A stretch of 64,000 nucleotides of DNA from Gemmatimonadaceae bacterium (GCA_035718845.1 DASTGU010000053.1:48950-112949); one strand, 5' to 3'. Shown: positions 18,761-28,593, numbered from the stretch's first letter. Numbers and translations: made by a program. Notes: generated from the sequence alone by a model not told the origin.

Positions 18761-21709
18761 ATGGAAGGTCCTGAAAAACCGCGGCTTTTTCTGGTCGACG
18801 GTTATGCGCTGATCTATCGCGCTTTTTTTGCGATGATCGCCCGTCCGCTGACGACAAGCAAGGGCGAGAACACGTCAGCGAGTTACGGTATCGCGACGTT
18901 CTTGCAGCGGCTGATCACCAAGCATCAGCCGGAGTATTTGGGCTGGGTTCATGACTCGGGCCTCTCGTTCAGACATGAGCGATATCCGGCCTACAAGGCG
19001 ACCCGAGAAAAGCTCACCGAAGAGCTGCAGTCTGATTTTGATCGCGGCATGGATCGGATCTGCGAGATGCTCGATGCCTATCGCATTCCGGTCATCACAC
19101 TCCCGGGCTACGAAGCGGATGACGTTATCGGCACACTCGTATCCCAGAGCGCCAAAGCGGGCGTCAATTCAGTAGTGGTGTCTGGCGACAAGGACTTCCA
19201 ACAGCTGGTACGTCCCGGCGTGTGGCTGTTGAACCCGGGGCGCGGTGGCAGTGCCAATGTTGAGGAGCATTGGGTCAGTACCGAGAACGCTGAAGATCGC
19301 CTTGGTGTCGCGCCTGAATTCGTCACGGACTACCTGGCGCTGGTTGGAGATTCGTCGGACAACATTCCCGGTGTGCGCGGCATCGGCGACAAGACCGCGT
19401 CGGAGCTGGTGCGGCAATATGGACACCTCGAATCCATTCTCGAGCACGCGCCGGAAATTACCAAGAAGCGTCCGCGTGAAGCGCTGCTCGAGCACGCCGC
19501 GAATGCCCGGCTCTCAAAGGAATTAGTCACAATCCGTGACGATTTACCTGTAACCCTCGACCTGGATGGGTTGCGCGTGAAAACGCCGGATCATCAGCGG
19601 TTACGTGATCTGTTCATCGAGCTCGAGTTCCATGCTCTAGCCCGCGACATCGTGGTTCAGGCTCCTGTCGAGGAGAAACCGAAACAGGAAACGAACTACA
19701 TCACGGCTGACACTCTCGAGCTTGTAGAGGAAGCCGTCGTACGCGCCCGCGCTGCAACCATCATTTCGATCGATACCGAAGCACTGCCCAATCCAGATAG
19801 CCCTCAACCGTCGGATCCGTTACGGTCGTCGCTAATCTCGATCTCGATCGGCGTTGGCGGCGGAGAGGCCTACTACTTCCCGTTCCAGCATCGCCTGCCA
19901 CGCAATGCCCAGGGTGAGCTGCTCGTAGATGCGGCCGGCGATCGCTCTGCCACGGATGCACCAGAAGACCGCGGGCTCATTCGTGGCGGCGACGAAGTCT
20001 TTCCGGAGCAACCTGCACGCAAGAAGAAGAACAACGGCGAGGTTGCACTCAGCATTGCCGCGCGAGTCTGGCGAGAGAAACGATCTTCGAGCGTAAAGAA
20101 TCTGCCTGCGCTACAGTCGCCGCAAATGAAGCCTCTGCGCGATCTCCTCGAGGATGCCTCGGTACGGAAGACCGCGCATAACGGGAAGTTTGATTTGCTG
20201 TTGCTGCGCTGCCTGGGAATCAATCTGGCCGGCTTGGACTTCGATACCATGCTCGCGAGCTATGTTCTTGATCCCAGTCGTCGTTCGCACGGCCTCGATG
20301 TGCTGGCGCTCGAGTTCCTCGATCACACGATGACTTCCTACACGGATCTGTGCGGAAAAGGGAAGAACGCGCTCGCATTCGACGAGTGCCCGGTCGAAGC
20401 GGCGCGCGATTACTCGTGCGAGGACGCGGACATGACGCTGCGGTTGCGCGAGATATTCGAGCCGCAGCTGGAGTCCCATGAGCTGCTACGCCTGCTCGAC
20501 GGTGTGGAGCTGCCTCTGGTCGATGTGCTCGCTGAGATGGAGTGGAATGGTATTGCCATCGATCTGCCATGGTTCGCTTCGCTGAAGCAGCGGTTCCAGG
20601 CCGATCGCGAGGCCGTTGAGCGTCAGATCTACGAGACTGCCGGCAGCGAGTTCAACATCAATTCAAACCTGCAGCTGCGCGAGGTGCTGTTCGATCGTCT
20701 CAATCTCCCTGTGCTCAAGCGCACGAGCACCGGCCCATCGACTGATGTCAGCGTACTCACTGAGCTTGCAGAGGAAGGCCATGTCCTGCCGACTCTGCTC
20801 ATGGAATACCGAGAGCTGTCGAAACTCGAGAGCACCTACCTCGATGCATTGCCGCGGCTCGTGAATCCAAAGACCGGTCGTCTTCACACTTCGTTCAATC
20901 AGACGGTGGCGAGTACAGGTCGGCTATCGTCGAGTGATCCGAACCTCCAGAACATCCCCATTCGACGCGAATTGGGCAGAGACATTCGTCGAGGCTTCAT
21001 TCCGCGCCAGGGCTGGCAGCTCCTTGCTGCCGACTATTCGCAGATCGAGCTGCGTCTGCTCGCTCACCTTTCGAAAGACCCAGCGTTTGTCGAAGCATTT
21101 CGTGCCGGCGGCGACATCCATCGACAGACAGCTGCGCTGATCTTCGACGTGCCACTCGATCAGGTGACAAGCACGATGCGCGCACGCGCCAAGACCATCA
21201 ACTTCGCGACGATTTACGGCCAGGGTCCGCACGCTCTCTCGCGGCAGCTCAACATTGAGCACGCTGAGGCAAAGGAATTCATTGCCCGCTACTTCCAGCG
21301 TTTCCAAGGTGTGCGCAACTATCTCGACGCCATGGTCGCCTTTGCGCGCGAGCACGGGTTCGTGCAAACGATCTTCGGAAGGCGGCGCTACATCCCGGAG
21401 CTTCGCGAGCGCAACTTCAACATCCGGGCATTTGGTGAAAGAACAGCTGCCAACTCTCCGATTCAGGGATCGGCAGCGGATCTGATCAAGATCGCGATGA
21501 TCCGCATCGATGACGCGCTGAGAACCCGGAGTCTCGAGAGCAAAATGCTGCTACAGGTCCACGACGAGCTGGTCTTCGAGGTCAAGCCCGAGGAGCTCGA
21601 GCCAGTTCAGGAAATGGTGAGGCACGAGATGGAGCATGCAGCGCAGCTCTCGGTGCCACTCGTGGTCGACCTCGGCATCGGCAAGAACTGGCTCGAGACG
21701 AAGCTCTAG
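18761..21709 (+). CDS. polA: DNA polymerase I
   Basis: 5'-exo LVDGYALIYRAFF and EADDVIG; 3'-exo DTE/NGKFD/YSCED; polymerase DYSQIELR, AKTINFATIYG and QVHDEL. Confidence 0.99.
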   Translation: MEGPEKPRLFLVDGYALIYRAFFAMIARPLTTSKGENTSASYGIATFLQRLITKHQPEYLGWVHDSGLSFRHERYPAYKATREKLTEELQSDFDRGMDRICEMLDAYRIPVITLPGYEADDVIGTLVSQSAKAGVNSVVVSGDKDFQQLVRPGVWLLNPGRGGSANVEEHWVSTENAEDRLGVAPEFVTDYLALVGDSSDNIPGVRGIGDKTASELVRQYGHLESILEHAPEITKKRPREALLEHAANARLSKELVTIRDDLPVTLDLDGLRVKTPDHQRLRDLFIELEFHALARDIVVQAPVEEKPKQETNYITADTLELVEEAVVRARAATIISIDTEALPNPDSPQPSDPLRSSLISISIGVGGGEAYYFPFQHRLPRNAQGELLVDAAGDRSATDAPEDRGLIRGGDEVFPEQPARKKKNNGEVALSIAARVWREKRSSSVKNLPALQSPQMKPLRDLLEDASVRKTAHNGKFDLLLLRCLGINLAGLDFDTMLASYVLDPSRRSHGLDVLALEFLDHTMTSYTDLCGKGKNALAFDECPVEAARDYSCEDADMTLRLREIFEPQLESHELLRLLDGVELPLVDVLAEMEWNGIAIDLPWFASLKQRFQADREAVERQIYETAGSEFNINSNLQLREVLFDRLNLPVLKRTSTGPSTDVSVLTELAEEGHVLPTLLMEYRELSKLESTYLDALPRLVNPKTGRLHTSFNQTVASTGRLSSSDPNLQNIPIRRELGRDIRRGFIPRQGWQLLAADYSQIELRLLAHLSKDPAFVEAFRAGGDIHRQTAALIFDVPLDQVTSTMRARAKTINFATIYGQGPHALSRQLNIEHAEAKEFIARYFQRFQGVRNYLDAMVAFAREHGFVQTIFGRRRYIPELRERNFNIRAFGERTAANSPIQGSAADLIKIAMIRIDDALRTRSLESKMLLQVHDELVFEVKPEELEPVQEMVRHEMEHAAQLSVPLVVDLGIGKNWLETKL

Positions 21710-21710
21710 G

Positions 21711-22676
21711 TCATTGCTCGAGGTGCGGCTCGAAGGCTGCCCAGTATGCGCCCGTTAGCAGCGTGGCGACGTAAAGCGAAGCGATCCAGAAACTGTGGGT
21801 GATCAAGTCGACGAGCGCGAAGTGGACCATATAGCTGGTGAGCACGAGTCCCAGTCCAATCACGATCGTGAACATCGCCGGCTGATCGGCATCGGTGCTC
21901 AGTCTGACGGCGATCTTTCTGGCGATCCGTATCGGCAGCTTGTGAGTGAGTCGGCCCCAGGCTGCGGCAACGCTGATGGCGATTCTCTTGGTACGTCCAG
22001 GACGGACGCGCCTGCTGATTGATTTCGGTGATGGTAGCTCCGTTTCCGTGACGAGGCGCAAACGACGGCTCAGTTCGACTGTCAGTCCGATATGATCATC
22101 CACCGCCGGCCATCGATCGACTGCAATCGGATCACCGACCTGCACGCGCACGCCGCTGTCGGGAATGGACTTGTTCTCGAATACAAGTCCGATCGGCACG
22201 ATTTGCACGTCGACGATCTTGCGCTCACGAGCCTGGAGTGCGACCCGAGCCAAACCCGACTTGAGTGGAACCATCCCTTGGTTGCTGTGGCTGGTTCCTT
22301 CAGGAAAGATCAGGACTGCCCCGTTTCGTTTGAGCACATCGAGCATTTCGCGGAATGCTCCGGAGTTTCGCGCTGGGCTGGGATTTCTTCCGTTTGACTC
22401 GATTTTTTCGTCAACCGTTCGGCGCAGCGGAACAACACCGAGTGCCCTGAATAGCACCGCAATCATTGGGTTGTTTGTCAAAGTTGCCTTCGCGGTCATC
22501 ACTACCCGCCTCGGCATCAGCCAGCCGATTAACAATGAATCGACGAGTGCGTTGAAGTGGTTGACGGCAATTAGCAGAGGCGCGTTGCGAGGAATTTTCT
22601 CGGCGCCGACGACCCGGATATCGCCGTAGAACCAATGAAGAGCGACGCCGGCAATCCATCGCAGAATGCCGTACAT
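21711..22676 (-). CDS. PlsC-like acyltransferase
   Basis: NHFNALVD (HxxxxD), FPEGTSH and KSGLAR; C-terminal TM helices. Confidence 0.85.
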   Translation of the reverse strand: MYGILRWIAGVALHWFYGDIRVVGAEKIPRNAPLLIAVNHFNALVDSLLIGWLMPRRVVMTAKATLTNNPMIAVLFRALGVVPLRRTVDEKIESNGRNPSPARNSGAFREMLDVLKRNGAVLIFPEGTSHSNQGMVPLKSGLARVALQARERKIVDVQIVPIGLVFENKSIPDSGVRVQVGDPIAVDRWPAVDDHIGLTVELSRRLRLVTETELPSPKSISRRVRPGRTKRIAISVAAAWGRLTHKLPIRIARKIAVRLSTDADQPAMFTIVIGLGLVLTSYMVHFALVDLITHSFWIASLYVATLLTGAYWAAFEPHLEQ

Positions 22677-24142
22677 CAGCTGCTCGTCGGCCGAGTGAAA
22701 TTGTCGGGCACTCTACGAAGCGTCCACAGTGCGAGTGACATTCCCAACGCCACGGTCAACACGCCTGCGCGGTATGCAACCCCTCTTCCGAAAATCGGCG
22801 TCAGTCCATCTACCGCGAATGCCCACACGAATGGACCCACTACCGCAGCTGCACGAGATGACAGCACCATCAGACTGAAGAATCGGCCCGCCTCAACATC
22901 GGGAACGAGGCTGAGGAGGAGTGGACGCTCTGCGGTCGAGACGCCGCCATAGATAAGCCCAATGCATGCGCCCACGATCCAGAACACACTACGAGATGGT
23001 GCGATGATCATGGCCACCAGCAAAACAATCCACCCGGCCAGCACCCAGGACAGCGTTCTCTTTGGGCCGTAGCGATCCACGAGCTTGCCGATTCCATACG
23101 CGCCCACGACCGCGGGTACCGTGAGAATCACGAACAGAGTTGCCTCGGATCCTTTCACAAACCCCATCGCGAAGATGGCGTAAAGAGCCATGTTGGCGAT
23201 GATTGTCCCCATCGCATCCTGATAGAGAAAGGATGTGAGAATGAATCGGAGAGTGCCCGGATAGTGCTTTGCCTCACCAAGAGTGTTGCGCACATCGCGG
23301 AACGCTTCGCGCCACTTCACGTGGCGGCGTCCGTGAAGGACATTGTGGTCGCGGCAGAAGATGAAGAGCGGGAGTGAAAAGAGCAGAAACAGAATTGCTG
23401 TCGGTACGAACGTCGACACGCGGCCACCGTGAGTGGTGAACGGGACGACGCTCCGCAGAAAGTGAATGACGCCGTCGGGGATCGCACCTATGATTGGCAT
23501 CGATCCAGTGAAGAAAGGGAATGTGAGAATTACTCCGGTGATCGAACCGACGTAGCCGAGAGCTGCTCCCATGCCTGACAATCGGCCGCGGTGATCGACG
23601 GGCACGAGTTCAGACATCATCGCGTTGTAGAAAGGCTGCGCGCCCTGATACGTGTAGTTCGCGATGGTGAATGCAGCGAGCACTCCGACCAGAGCGATGG
23701 TCGAGGAGGGTCGTACTGCGCGGGCCGTCGCTGTCACTCCTTCGCCGACCAAGGGCAGGCCGAGTTGCCCGAGCACCGAAATCAGAAAGGTCGCGACACA
23801 AGCAACGATGGTAAACCAGACGACCCACGGTTTCCGGCGCTGTGTTGCGTCGGAGATCGCACCGAACAGAGGGATCGAGACAACGACCATCGCGGATGCA
23901 ATCCCGTTGACGGTCGCATACAAAGTGTTGGAATGACCGAGGTCTGCGACAAGCCACGCCGCGAAGTACAGCGTCGCGATATTCATCGAGAACACCGTGT
24001 TCGCAAAATCGTAGAGCGCCCAGCTGAACCGCTCGCGGAATTTCGCCATTGGCGGATTGAAGTCTCCCGCCGCAGCGATGGGGGTGCTGCGAGAATCAAA
24101 GCTTTGGATTGTAGCGTCCCTGATCGCAGTCTCCATTTGCAC
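22676..24142 (-). CDS. MFS transporter (UMF1/Atg22-like); the start may be further downstream
   Basis: SWALYDFANTVF, GAISD..RRK, FYNAMM, G.LSG.G.ALGY.G; about 12 TM helices. Confidence 0.88.
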   Translation of the reverse strand: MQMETAIRDATIQSFDSRSTPIAAAGDFNPPMAKFRERFSWALYDFANTVFSMNIATLYFAAWLVADLGHSNTLYATVNGIASAMVVVSIPLFGAISDATQRRKPWVVWFTIVACVATFLISVLGQLGLPLVGEGVTATARAVRPSSTIALVGVLAAFTIANYTYQGAQPFYNAMMSELVPVDHRGRLSGMGAALGYVGSITGVILTFPFFTGSMPIIGAIPDGVIHFLRSVVPFTTHGGRVSTFVPTAILFLLFSLPLFIFCRDHNVLHGRRHVKWREAFRDVRNTLGEAKHYPGTLRFILTSFLYQDAMGTIIANMALYAIFAMGFVKGSEATLFVILTVPAVVGAYGIGKLVDRYGPKRTLSWVLAGWIVLLVAMIIAPSRSVFWIVGACIGLIYGGVSTAERPLLLSLVPDVEAGRFFSLMVLSSRAAAVVGPFVWAFAVDGLTPIFGRGVAYRAGVLTVALGMSLALWTLRRVPDNFTRPTSS

Positions 24143-24254
24143 CCCGTTGATTACGCCTCAACACTACACTTTGGCGCCAGCTCCACAAATACGTACGCTG
24201 ACGTAGCACCTCGTACTTCTCGACGCATGGGAGGCCGCCAGTCAAATTATCTGC

Positions 24255-25166
24255 ATGTTACGTGGCATAACCGCCGTCCTGTTGTTGCTTGGATTCATCG
24301 TTGGTTGCGGAGAGCGAAGTCGATCGAACACGGATTCTGCTCACGCACTGCCACCGGTGTATCCCGGCGCGCCAGCGCTAAATGCAGGGTGGGATCCGGG
24401 AGCAGGTGCGGTGATGATTACGCCCTTCGAGAACAGTCTCGACACTGTCGCGGTGATAATTCCCGAGGCGACCGACAGTACTGTGTCGATTGTGGAAACA
24501 CAGAATGCGCCAGTGGCTGGACTTGGCTTCGATCTTTTCGCGCGCGTTGGACGGGTACACAGCGGTGTGCGTTCCTTTCCGCTTCCGCCCGCTGATACGG
24601 CCAAAGCCGAATGCAATGGCTGGCCGCTGGCACGCCTGGTAACGAAGTCGTCGGACTGGACGGTCGGGTTCGTCAGTGGCCGTGCAGCGGCTGTGCCCAT
24701 CGATTCGATCGAAGCGATGCGTAGCGCAGACTCGGCCTCGTTGGCTGCAGCACTCACTCGGGCCGCGGCTACTCTACCGGGTATTTCCGATCCAACATTC
24801 CGCGGACTACCGTTTCGCGTGCGAACGGCGTACACGTTTCGAGTTGATTCGGTTGATGTGGTTGTTGCCGACGTCGTTCGCTCGGTGAACGAGGAAGCGA
24901 ATCCACGGATCGAGCATCTGCTGATCGTGGGGGAGCGGCCCGCTGGGACCGCATTAGGGTTCACCGTTCGTTACTCGAATCGAACCGCAGGGTCTGAGGA
25001 ATCCACGCAAGCCAGTGAGCTTCTGGCTGTTCTTACTTTCGGCGAATCAAGAAGGCCGGCGATAGTTCTCGGGATCGAGTACGGCGACAGAAAACGAACG
25101 GGACTGCTCGAAAGAATTGATGGTGAATGGCGCGCGTCGTGGCAAAGCGCTTACACCGACTGCTGA
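24255..25166 (+). CDS. Hypothetical lipoprotein
   Basis: Lipobox IVGC after a hydrophobic signal; no recognised family. Confidence 0.6.
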   Translation: MLRGITAVLLLLGFIVGCGERSRSNTDSAHALPPVYPGAPALNAGWDPGAGAVMITPFENSLDTVAVIIPEATDSTVSIVETQNAPVAGLGFDLFARVGRVHSGVRSFPLPPADTAKAECNGWPLARLVTKSSDWTVGFVSGRAAAVPIDSIEAMRSADSASLAAALTRAAATLPGISDPTFRGLPFRVRTAYTFRVDSVDVVVADVVRSVNEEANPRIEHLLIVGERPAGTALGFTVRYSNRTAGSEESTQASELLAVLTFGESRRPAIVLGIEYGDRKRTGLLERIDGEWRASWQSAYTDC

Positions 25167-25182
25167 ATTTATTCGCAATTTC

Positions 25183-25956
25183 TTAGAGACCCGTTGGCGC
25201 ACTGACAAAGTCCCACGGTACGCCGTACTTCTCGGCCAGATGCTGTGCAAGTGCGCACACTCCGAGCGTTTCCGTTGCGTAATGTCCGGCGTAGATAATC
25301 ACCAGGTCGTTTTCTTCCGCGGTAACTGCCGTCCAGTGCGGGCCCTCACCCACGATCAGGGTGTCGATTCCTGCGTCGATTGCTTCTTGTAGAGTGTCAG
25401 CTGCCGCACCAGCGCCGCTGCACAGTCCCCAATGTCGCGTCCTTCTCCCCTCGGCGATCGGTGTCGTGCGCGTTTGGTGACCGTACTTCCGCGCAAAAGA
25501 TGTTGCTCTATCCGCGAGTGATCTGGTTTGGATATCGCTTTCGCCGGCCGCGCCGATGAAGATTCCTTGATATCGCGCAAACTCTTTGGACGGAGTGAGT
25601 CCAAGCTCCTTCGCGAGGAGCACATTGTTACCAATGGTTGGATGACAGTCGAGCGGGATGTGGGACGAGTAAACCGCCATATCATAGTCGACGAGCAATC
25701 GAGCTCGGCGGTATGTCGCCCCGGTCAGTGGCACGAGTCCGCCCCAGAACATTCCGTGATGTACGACCAGCAGGTTTGCATCGAACTCTTTGGCGCCTTT
25801 GATTGCGCGGGTCGAGAAGTCCACGGCTGCAGCAATGCCTCTTAGCGGAGCGGATGCCTGAAATTGGAGGCCGTTGAGCGCACTCGAATAATCCGGAATT
25901 GCACGCGTTCTAAGAAGCTCATCGCTATACGCCGCAGCCTCATCTATTGTAGTCAT
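25183..25956 (-). CDS. NIF3/YbgI dinuclear metal-centre protein (GTP cyclohydrolase 1 type 2 homologue)
   Basis: NGLQ, AAVD, VVHHGMFW, SSHIPLDCHP.IGNN, GAGA and GHYATE. Confidence 0.93.
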   Translation of the reverse strand: MTTIDEAAAYSDELLRTRAIPDYSSALNGLQFQASAPLRGIAAAVDFSTRAIKGAKEFDANLLVVHHGMFWGGLVPLTGATYRRARLLVDYDMAVYSSHIPLDCHPTIGNNVLLAKELGLTPSKEFARYQGIFIGAAGESDIQTRSLADRATSFARKYGHQTRTTPIAEGRRTRHWGLCSGAGAAADTLQEAIDAGIDTLIVGEGPHWTAVTAEENDLVIIYAGHYATETLGVCALAQHLAEKYGVPWDFVSAPTGL

Positions 25957-25958
25957 GG

Positions 25959-26062
25959 CGTGGATAACTTTTGTGTGGAGAACTTCTACCCAGTCTGCGC
26001 ATGATTACGTAACACATTGGTACACAACGAGTTACGCCATCACTTATCAACAATGTTGATTA
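25959..26062. promoter_or_regulatory. Cluster of DnaA-box-like 9-mers between parB and the NIF3 gene
   Basis: TTATCCACG (rev 25959-25967), TTCTCCACA (rev 25974-25982) and TTATCAACA (26044-26052), each one mismatch from TTATCCACA; TAATCAACA (rev 26054-26062) has two. Confidence 0.6.
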
Positions 26063-26947
26063 GTCCGGCACGCGCATTAGCTCAAGAATTCTTTCCAGGT
26101 CATCTGCAGAATAAAAGTGTAGAGTGACTGACCCCCGGCTACCGGACCCCACCTTGATAGCGACGTCGGTCTGCAGAAAGCGGCGCAGTCTATCTTCAAT
26201 GCGGCGTACTTCGGCTGGCTGGCGATCGATGGAGCGAGGGCGGCCAGTCTTTTTCTTGGCGGGAGTCTCTACTGATCGAAGCCTTCGCTCGACCTCCCGG
26301 ACTGTGAGACCCCCTCGGACAATCTCTTCGGCGAGAGCGACTATGCTTCCCTCTTCGTCGAGTCCCAACAAAACCTTCGCGTGTCCCATCGACAACTGGC
26401 CTTCCTCGAGCAGTGCTCTGACTGCCGCAGGCAGTTGGAGGAGTCGAAGCATGTTCGCGATCGTTGTGCGATCCTTACCGACGGTCTCGGCGATCTGCTG
26501 TTGGGTCAGCGAGAATTCCTGAGCGAGCTGGCGGTAGCCTTCTCCTTCCTCGATCGGATTGAGGTCGGTTCGCTGGAGATTTTCGATTAGCGCCAACGTT
26601 AGGAGGGTTCGATCATCGATCTCCTTGATGATTGCCGGAATTTCGCGCCACCCCAGGGCTCGTGCAGCGCGAAGACGTCGCTCACCGGCGATCAGCTCGA
26701 AGCCATCTTTCCCCGGACGGCGGCGAACTGTGATTGGCTGAAGCAGGCCGCTGACCTTGAGACTTTCCTGCAACTCTGCCAGATCCTCTGTTCGGAACTC
26801 TCGTCGCGGCTGAAATGGATTGCGGGTGATCTGGCCGATCGGGATTGATTTGAGTGCACCTTCATCGCTCGTGGCCAGTCCGGTGGCACTGCCGAGGAGT
26901 GCCTCGAGGCCGCGTCCCAAACGTCGAGGAGTTTTTTCAGTGGCCAC
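26060..26947 (-). CDS. parB: Chromosome partitioning protein ParB
   Basis: RRLGRGLEALL, NPFQPR, GLLQPI, LIAGERRLRA, ENLQR.DLNPIEE and HTH; GTG start with GGAG SD. Confidence 0.97.
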   Translation of the reverse strand: MATEKTPRRLGRGLEALLGSATGLATSDEGALKSIPIGQITRNPFQPRREFRTEDLAELQESLKVSGLLQPITVRRRPGKDGFELIAGERRLRAARALGWREIPAIIKEIDDRTLLTLALIENLQRTDLNPIEEGEGYRQLAQEFSLTQQQIAETVGKDRTTIANMLRLLQLPAAVRALLEEGQLSMGHAKVLLGLDEEGSIVALAEEIVRGGLTVREVERRLRSVETPAKKKTGRPRSIDRQPAEVRRIEDRLRRFLQTDVAIKVGSGSRGSVTLHFYSADDLERILELMRVPD

Positions 26948-27725
26948 CGTTTTCTCCTTGCGCTGTGCGTTGGATGAGCTCTTTCGCGACGTTCATATAA
27001 GCCTGAGCGCCTACCGACGTTACGTCGTAGAGGATGATTGGCTTGCCAAAACTCGGTGCTTCGGCGAGTCGCACGTTCCTCGGCACGACGCTCTCGAACA
27101 CCTTGGTGCCGAAGTATTCTCGTGCGTCATCCGCGACCTGGCGAGACAGGTTGAGGCGAGAGTCGTACATGGTAAGCAGCACGCCTTCGATGCCGAGTTT
27201 TTCGTTTGCGCTGTGCTGAACTCGATGAACGGTATTCAAGAGTTGAGACAGTCCTTCGAGAGCGTAATACTCGCACTGCAGCGGGATAAGTAGTGCATCG
27301 GCCGCAACCAGCATATTGATAGTGATCAAGCCGAGCGATGGCGGACAATCGATAATGACGTACTTGTAGTCCTGCCGAAGTGACTCGACGGCGGCACGCA
27401 TGACGTGGTCGCGCTCTGCCTTGTCGACGAGCTCCACTTCGGCTGCGGCCAGATCTGGAGTCGCACCAACGACATCCAGCTTCTCGAACTGGACGCCCTC
27501 CTGTCGAGACGAGCGCAGGTCGGAGTTTCCTACCAGCACATCGTAGAGTGTGAGAGGGACTTGTTCTTTCTGGAGGCCGACACCGCTGGTCGCATTTCCT
27601 TGTGGGTCTGCGTCGACGAGAAGGGTGCGTTGCTCAGCGGCAGCGAGGCTTGCGGCCAGATTCACTGCAGTTGTGGTTTTTCCGACGCCACCTTTTTGGT
27701 TGGCGATCGCGATGATTCGCGCCAC
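26937..27725 (-). CDS. parA: Chromosome partitioning ATPase ParA (Soj)
   Basis: NQKGGVGKTTTAVN, DADPQGNATSG, IDCPPSLG, QCEYYALEG and RNVRLAEAPSFGKP. Confidence 0.97.
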   Translation of the reverse strand: MARIIAIANQKGGVGKTTTAVNLAASLAAAEQRTLLVDADPQGNATSGVGLQKEQVPLTLYDVLVGNSDLRSSRQEGVQFEKLDVVGATPDLAAAEVELVDKAERDHVMRAAVESLRQDYKYVIIDCPPSLGLITINMLVAADALLIPLQCEYYALEGLSQLLNTVHRVQHSANEKLGIEGVLLTMYDSRLNLSRQVADDAREYFGTKVFESVVPRNVRLAEAPSFGKPIILYDVTSVGAQAYMNVAKELIQRTAQGENGGH

Positions 27726-27771
27726 GTACTCTTGGGAAAGGTTGCCGCAAATCTACCCAGAGATTTCCATC

Positions 27772-27812
27772 GTTTCCACGTGGAACCCAACTAAAAGTTT
27801 CCACGTGGAAAC
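27772..27812. promoter_or_regulatory. Two tandem parS sites
   Basis: GTTTCCACGTGGAACC (27772-27787) and the perfect palindrome GTTTCCACGTGGAAAC (27797-27812), upstream of parA. Confidence 0.92.
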
Positions 27813-27876
27813 AGCGCTGCGGCTGAGCTGACGCGCTCGGGCGAATGTTGAATGCGCTAAGGAGATATTCCCGATC

Positions 27877-28593
27877 TTAGCGGCCGCCTTGGAATCTCCA
27901 GCGCGTGAGGACGTTGATGGACACGGTTTCGTCGCCTGGATTGATCGGCGTCTGAGCGTTGCCCGTAAAGGCAGTCTCCCTGGCCATCATTGGAACGGGA
28001 GGCGAGAAAGCCATCACATTGATCTCGAGAAGGCCCCCGAGTGTGCCGCCGGCAGCCCGCGCTGCAGCTTCAGCGTCGGCTCGAGCAGCAGCGATCGCAT
28101 TTGCAATCGCGGTACGGCGCGCTGCATCCGTGTTGGAGGAATAGAACTGCAGCGAGCTGATCAGGTTGGCGCCGTGTGAGAGTGCGGCGTCGATAACTTT
28201 GCCCACTTGGTCGAGGCGGCGGATGTCAGCGACAACCGTGTTAGTGACATTGTAGCCCGTGATCACCGGGTCTTTTCCCTGCTCGTAACGCTGCTCTGGA
28301 TAAACCTGATAGTTGATCGTCGAGAGCTGGTCGTTGCTAAGTCCGAGTGATCTCAATGCTGCCAGCACTGCCTGCTGCTTCGTCGCGTTTTGGGCCGCGG
28401 CTTCGGATGCGGTTGCCGCCCGGGTTTGGACCGCGATCTGAATCGTCGCACGATCAGGCGAAACCTTTACCTCGCCATGCCCTGTGACCACAATCTGTGG
28501 CGGAGGTGGCAGTAATGGCGTTGTTGTGTCTTGCGCATGGCTCGTAAATGGCGTCAATATCAGGCCAGCGCTCGCTAAAATAAGCTTTCTCAT
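27877..28593 (-). CDS. SIMPL/DUF541 periplasmic protein
   Basis: Signal peptide MRKLILASAG (ATG 28593); VTGHGEVKV.PDRATI, GY.VTN.V and A..AR..AEA.A...G..LG. Confidence 0.88.
   Translation of the reverse strand: MRKLILASAGLILTPFTSHAQDTTTPLLPPPPQIVVTGHGEVKVSPDRATIQIAVQTRAATASEAAAQNATKQQAVLAALRSLGLSNDQLSTINYQVYPEQRYEQGKDPVITGYNVTNTVVADIRRLDQVGKVIDAALSHGANLISSLQFYSSNTDAARRTAIANAIAAARADAEAAARAAGGTLGGLLEINVMAFSPPVPMMARETAFTGNAQTPINPGDETVSINVLTRWRFQGGR

Noticed and set aside
19892-20100. Intein in polA
   Set aside because: No N-terminal Cys/Ser block, no His-Asn end, and too short
23591-24595. Long antisense ORFs (also 423-902, 5140-5847, 7116-7772, 7433-8245, 13364-13792, 46769-47791, 61589-62221)
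   Set aside because: They shadow well-supported genes or rnpB on the other strand, have Arg/Ser-rich non-protein-like composition and no motifs; expected at high GC
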